A program made the position numbers and the translations under genes. This document shows, piece by piece, positions 60,523-64,000 of a DNA stretch of 64,000 nucleotides. The first letter of the stretch is position 1. Every line of letters starts with the position of its first letter. The stretch lies in the sequence record PV805632.1; one strand, written 5' to 3'. Below the pieces are notes generated by a model, which saw only the letters and a list, made by a program, of their open reading frames with translations, made no database searches and was not told the DNA's origin. The stretch is from a phage.

Positions 60523-60802
60523 AAATGAATCCATGTACACAACTGACTTCACTTTAGAAGAGGTCATGAACAGCAACCCTCATCAAGTAATCCTGGTTCC
60601 TACTTTAGAGGATTATCACGAAGTAAGGGGTCAGTTATTCTTAGCAGGCAATGACCGTAAGGTTGTATGCATTATCCCACCTTCTGTCTATACCAACTAT
60701 AACGCTAATGACCCCATACCGTACATGCTGGTATCCGATGAATACCAATGGGGGAGTCGTTACGAGAATGGTGAATATCATTACTACTATGTAAGGAAGT
60801 AG
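60488..60802 (+). CDS. small early protein, paralog family member 3
   Basis: motif LEDYHEVRGQLFLAGN...CIIPPSVY aligns with member 2. Confidence 0.45.
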   Translation: MKFIMTIPSFAENESMYTTDFTLEEVMNSNPHQVILVPTLEDYHEVRGQLFLAGNDRKVVCIIPPSVYTNYNANDPIPYMLVSDEYQWGSRYENGEYHYYYVRK

Positions 60803-60805
60803 GGT

Positions 60806-61102
60806 ATGCACCTGTACTGCCTGATTAGCTATGCCACTACCTGTTATCTATCCCCGTATACAATGGATAATATCCTGGCAGGTAAGGGGAGTGTTGCCAC
60901 CATCCTATATGAACCAAGTGAAGAAGCAGAAGTATTCCTGGGTACTTGCTTAATACTGGGGCAACCTATCCAGTTCATTAAGATAGTGGATTCTGTGGAA
61001 ATACCGGAGCACACCTGTGTGTACATACTGTCTGATAAAGAACCTATGGTAGCTACTACTCTTACAGGTAGACTCATTACCCGAAAGCTCCCTCCTATTT
61101 AA
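60806..61102 (+). CDS. small early protein, paralog family member 4 (more diverged)
   Basis: motif SEEAEVFLGTCLILGQ. Confidence 0.4.
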   Translation: MHLYCLISYATTCYLSPYTMDNILAGKGSVATILYEPSEEAEVFLGTCLILGQPIQFIKIVDSVEIPEHTCVYILSDKEPMVATTLTGRLITRKLPPI

Positions 61103-61128
61103 CTGCTTATAAGTGAGATAGCTATAAT
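61099..61128 (+). promoter_or_regulatory. candidate sigma70-type promoter
   Basis: TTAACT (61099-61104), 18-bp spacer, TATAAT (61123-61128); by-eye match only. Confidence 0.3.
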
Positions 61129-61206
61129 ATTTTTGCATGTCAAAAATGTGATAGTTATGTATGGCTACAGTGGTGTGGCTAGGGCTACACCCTTACACGT
61201 TAACTA

Positions 61207-61220
61207 CCCCCCCCCCCCCC
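61207..61220. repeat. homopolymeric poly-C tract (14 nt)
   Basis: CCCCCCCCCCCCCC read directly from the sequence. Confidence 0.9.
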
Positions 61221-61326
61221 GGTATGTTGACTCATGGGTGTACTACCCTACCCCACCTTACACGTTACACGTTGCTCCGCAACTTATGGACATGTCGTCC
61301 TATCATCAACTATTGGAGCTATCATC

Positions 61327-61650
61327 ATGACTACTACCGCTACTGTACGTATGACCGCAGGAACTCTGCTGGGTACTGTTAACTCTGCTGCTACTACTGT
61401 TGCAGATTCATTCGGTGCTGCTACTAAAGCAGTTGGTATGCTTAATTCTTACGTAGCTACTATGGCAAAGAAACAAGCCATTCGTACTAAATTAGAAATG
61501 CATACTTTCGAAAACAAATTAGCTGAAGAAACAGCTATGAACGAGACTATGCGTAAGAAAAGTATCGAAGAATTCTGCAAAGATCCAGAAAACGCTCGTA
61601 TCTACAACGCAGAATATTCAAGAATAATTGACATCCTGTCTAAAGACTAA
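61327..61650 (+). CDS. hypothetical protein
   Basis: ATG 61327 with GGAG 8 nt upstream; the longer track ORFs run through the poly-C tract. Confidence 0.45.
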   Translation: MTTTATVRMTAGTLLGTVNSAATTVADSFGAATKAVGMLNSYVATMAKKQAIRTKLEMHTFENKLAEETAMNETMRKKSIEEFCKDPENARIYNAEYSRIIDILSKD

Positions 61651-61653
61651 ATC

Positions 61654-61680
61654 AATAGGAGGCTCTTCGAGCCTCCTATT
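61654..61680. promoter_or_regulatory. perfect 12-bp stem / 3-nt loop hairpin (terminator or hairpin-type promoter)
   Basis: AATAGGAGGCTC-TTC-GAGCCTCCTATT immediately after a stop codon; no U-tract. Confidence 0.5.
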
Positions 61681-61740
61681 AAGGGCATTAGATAGATAGA
61701 TAGTCAGTTCTGTATAAAAAGATAGGAGAGATACCTACTA

Positions 61741-61886
61741 TGAGCAAACTAAAAAACGCATTCATGCTGATTGTCAGTGTCCTTGCACTTGTTGCTATGG
61801 TTTCCGTATACATTGGAAAACCTCTGGTAAACACTGACTATGGTCATGGTCAGAAAGTAAAATCCATCCTGCTAATGGATAAGTAA
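61741..61886 (+). CDS. hypothetical small membrane protein (48 aa)
   Basis: hand-translated; single hydrophobic helix FMLIVSVLALVAMVSVYI. Confidence 0.3.
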
Positions 61887-62070
61887 AATGTCCCTGAATC
61901 TAAATCACCGTAAGAATCTCTGGATATCTTACATACCCTAAAAGACAACGACGCTCCGCGTCTTATGGATGATGTAAATGCATCCACTAATCATTGAAAT
62001 TTTATCCTTTTGTTTGGGTGTTCTCACCGACGAGTTCACCCGTAAATCACATAAATCTGGAGAGTACAAA

Positions 62071-62454
62071 ATGTCTATTCAAAAATTCACTTTCGGTCAA
62101 TCTAACGCTGCTGCTACTTCTACTGCTAAAACTGATAAACCAAAAGCTCAGTTCTGGCTGAACATTGGTTATGTAGCTAATGAAGGCTCTGATGATGAGA
62201 AATTCATCTCGCTGCCTACTGGTATTCCACTGGATACTCAGGAACCACTGCCAACTAACAGCAGCAATGCTGACTTCCGTGCTATGCGTTGTGCACAGAA
62301 CGATTTGTTAGAACAGTTAATCGAATATGCTCAGAACCTGAAACCAGGTGAAGAAGGCATCATTAACCTGCAAGTTCAACTTCGTCGTGTGAAAGCAGAG
62401 GCTGCTGACATCCCAGCAGACGAGAATAAATATGCTCGTAAACTGACTTTCTAA
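62071..62454 (+). CDS. hypothetical protein
   Basis: ATG 62071 with GGAGAG RBS; the track start at 61978 lacks an RBS. Confidence 0.45.
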   Translation: MSIQKFTFGQSNAAATSTAKTDKPKAQFWLNIGYVANEGSDDEKFISLPTGIPLDTQEPLPTNSSNADFRAMRCAQNDLLEQLIEYAQNLKPGEEGIINLQVQLRRVKAEAADIPADENKYARKLTF

Positions 62455-62463
62455 TCAACCACT

Positions 62464-62492
62464 GGACTCCCTTCGGGGAGTCTTTTATTTTT
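62464..62492 (+). terminator. rho-independent terminator
   Basis: GGACTCCC-TTCG-GGGAGTC followed by TTTTATTTTT. Confidence 0.65.
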
Positions 62493-62597
62493 AACTCAGC
62501 GATAAACTAAGTTTAACTTTTAGGGGCTTTTCGACGAAGAGTCACTAAAACTTAAACGTAAACAGAAGCAGATAACTTAGAGTAAGGAGTAATCAAG

Positions 62598-62897
62598 ATG
62601 CGTACACTATGTAACCGTTATAATCCAACCGGACTGATTAACATCATGGCCTTATATGGTAGCAAAATGACTTATGGTGCTCGTTGGCAAGTGTCTGTAG
62701 AAGACAAGAATGGCAAATGTCATGACCACTACTTCGTAGCTAAGCCTACTCGTAAACAAATCCGTAAACTTCACAAAGTACGTAAGCATTACTTACTAAG
62801 TAAATGCTACGAATGTGGCAAAAGGATAGAACTAGGTAAAGAATTTACTTTTGATGATCTCAACTATGCTCACAATAACTGCTTAGGAACTAAATAA
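62598..62897 (+). CDS. hypothetical protein with Cys/His cluster (possible zinc ribbon)
   Basis: CHDH ... CYECGK ... HNNC. Confidence 0.4.
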   Translation: MRTLCNRYNPTGLINIMALYGSKMTYGARWQVSVEDKNGKCHDHYFVAKPTRKQIRKLHKVRKHYLLSKCYECGKRIELGKEFTFDDLNYAHNNCLGTK

Positions 62898-62898
62898 A

Positions 62899-63303
62899 AT
62901 GACTACTCATAAAATTGTAAAAAGCTGGACTACTGAAGCTGGTTTATCTGCTGTAATCCTGCTAGTAAATGATGGTTCTCACCATTGTGGTTACGTAGCA
63001 TTGCCTGCTGATTTAGCAGACAAAGACTTTATTAATTATGATCCAGAAGAATCCATTTCTGTTCATGGTGGTGTTACCTATCAAGATGCACTTCCTCAAT
63101 TAGAGGATAAAATCGCTATCGGTTTTGATTGTGCTCATCACGGTGACCTCATGAAATGCCCTGAGAAGTACAAAGGTACTCCTCTGGAAGGACTGCGCAT
63201 GTATTCAGAAGGTGTATGGCGAGATGAGCAATATTGCACCAATGAGTGTGAGTCTATGGCTAAACAACTAATGGCAATGTTGCCTAAACAACTAGAAGGA
63301 TAA
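62899..63303 (+). CDS. hypothetical protein with His-rich motifs (possible metal-binding)
   Basis: GSHHCGY ... CAHHGD. Confidence 0.4.
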   Translation: MTTHKIVKSWTTEAGLSAVILLVNDGSHHCGYVALPADLADKDFINYDPEESISVHGGVTYQDALPQLEDKIAIGFDCAHHGDLMKCPEKYKGTPLEGLRMYSEGVWRDEQYCTNECESMAKQLMAMLPKQLEG

Positions 63304-63307
63304 TGCT

Positions 63308-63460
63308 ATGAAGCTACTAGCAGAGATTCTGTGTATTTTATTAATGATACTGCTGGTAGCTGCATTTCCGTGGCTATTAGCCGTAGGCATTATTATTGGT
63401 ATGCTCGTAGCCGGAGCGAGTGATGCTCGTGGCAGAGATGAGCCAGGTGGAGATGTGTAA
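63308..63460 (+). CDS. small hydrophobic membrane peptide (50 aa)
   Basis: hand-translated MKLLAEILCILLMILLVAAFPWLLAVGIIIGMLVAGASDARGRDEPGGDV. Confidence 0.35.
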   Translation: MKLLAEILCILLMILLVAAFPWLLAVGIIIGMLVAGASDARGRDEPGGDV

Positions 63461-63658
63461 ACACTGCCAGAAGAGTATGTACGGGGGAACCAGTGATATT
63501 CACTAACATTGAGGATGCCATTGAAGAATGTATCTTCCGTAGATATCACACTGGAGTACAGAAACGACACTATGGTGTTGTGCAACTCAATGGCTATCAA
63601 ATGGCTGTAAGAATTGTACGTAACAATAAACCTTTTAACTTTATGTGGAGTACTAAAC

Positions 63659-63787
63659 ATGCGTAAGTCATTAATCATGGGAACCAAAGCTGACGTACAA
63701 AAGATGAAAGAGCGTCTGGCTGCTAAGCAACAGGCATCTGAACCAGTACGTAAGATTGTTACCTTCAATCATCCGTGCATCAAATAG
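63659..63787 (+). CDS. hypothetical small protein (42 aa)
   Basis: hand-translated ORF ending just before a strong terminator. Confidence 0.3.
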   Translation: MRKSLIMGTKADVQKMKERLAAKQQASEPVRKIVTFNHPCIK

Positions 63788-63789
63788 TA

Positions 63790-63821
63790 AGGAGTCCTCC
63801 AATAGGAGGCTCCTATTTTTT
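63790..63821 (+). terminator. rho-independent terminator
   Basis: AGGAGTCCTCC-AATA-GGAGGCTCCT (1-nt bulge) followed by TTTTTTATTTTT. Confidence 0.65.
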
Positions 63822-64000
63822 ATTTTTGAATAGTTAGATATGTATTTAAATAGGAGAAAGAACCTTGAATGAAATAGTATGCATACTTCCACACTTAGCT
63901 AAAGTAGCTGATAGGAATATACGGATACATTTACCCTTCCCATTAAGTAACCCATTCACTCGTAATGAAAGAACCACAGTAGAGGATATAGAGGTAGCTT

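Noticed and set aside
61133-61382. Track ORFs 61133..61330 and 61161..61382 reading through the poly-C tract (PPPP-containing)
   Set aside because: They span the repeat/poly-C intergenic region and lack RBSs; the downstream ATG 61327 with a GGAG RBS is the more plausible gene start.
63292-63892. Minus-strand ORFs 63292..63768 and 63671..63892
   Set aside because: Antisense to a run of small plus-strand genes with RBSs and a terminator; low-complexity translations.
1-64000. CRISPR array, integrase, transposase, reverse transcriptase (DGR/retron), toxin-antitoxin pair
   Set aside because: No regularly spaced direct repeats, no tyrosine/serine recombinase or DDE motifs, and no YxDD reverse-transcriptase motif seen in any ORF; the window looks like a strictly lytic phage.

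Overview
This window reads as about 64 kb of a lytic N4-like (Schitoviridae-type) phage genome; nothing here looks bacterial or temperate (no integrase, transposase, rRNA or CRISPR array seen). Organisation: (1) plus-strand early/replication module, 1-23.5 kb: MoxR-like AAA ATPase + VWA partner, dCTP deaminase, ThyX, rIIA/rIIB-like, SF1 helicase, family-A DNA polymerase, PD-(D/E)XK nuclease, primase-like protein, P-loop ATPase, SSB-like and RuvC-like proteins. (2) A 1.1-kb ORF-free, hairpin-dense region, 23.47-24.59 kb, with two tRNA T-arm-like motifs that I could not fold into canonical tRNAs. (3) Minus-strand late module, 25-59.5 kb: an 11.3-kb ORF (3753-3759 aa) consistent with the N4-type virion RNA polymerase, virion proteins, major capsid protein, portal, a lysis cassette (holin, GH108 muramidase, embedded Rz/Rz1-like spanins), two tail fibre/spike genes (one with a complete SGNH esterase motif set), and large terminase. 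(4) Plus-strand small early-type genes, 59.6-64 kb, including a tandem family of four paralogs and an intergenic region carrying a 14-nt poly-C tract. Three gene pairs look like single genes split by frameshifts (rIIB-like, a virion protein, a MazG-like gene); I cannot tell sequencing error from biology. All calls rest on motifs read by eye, ORF size and gene order; no database search or RNA folding was run, so N4-family assignments based on size and position (vRNAP, capsid, portal, SSB, primase) are provisional.
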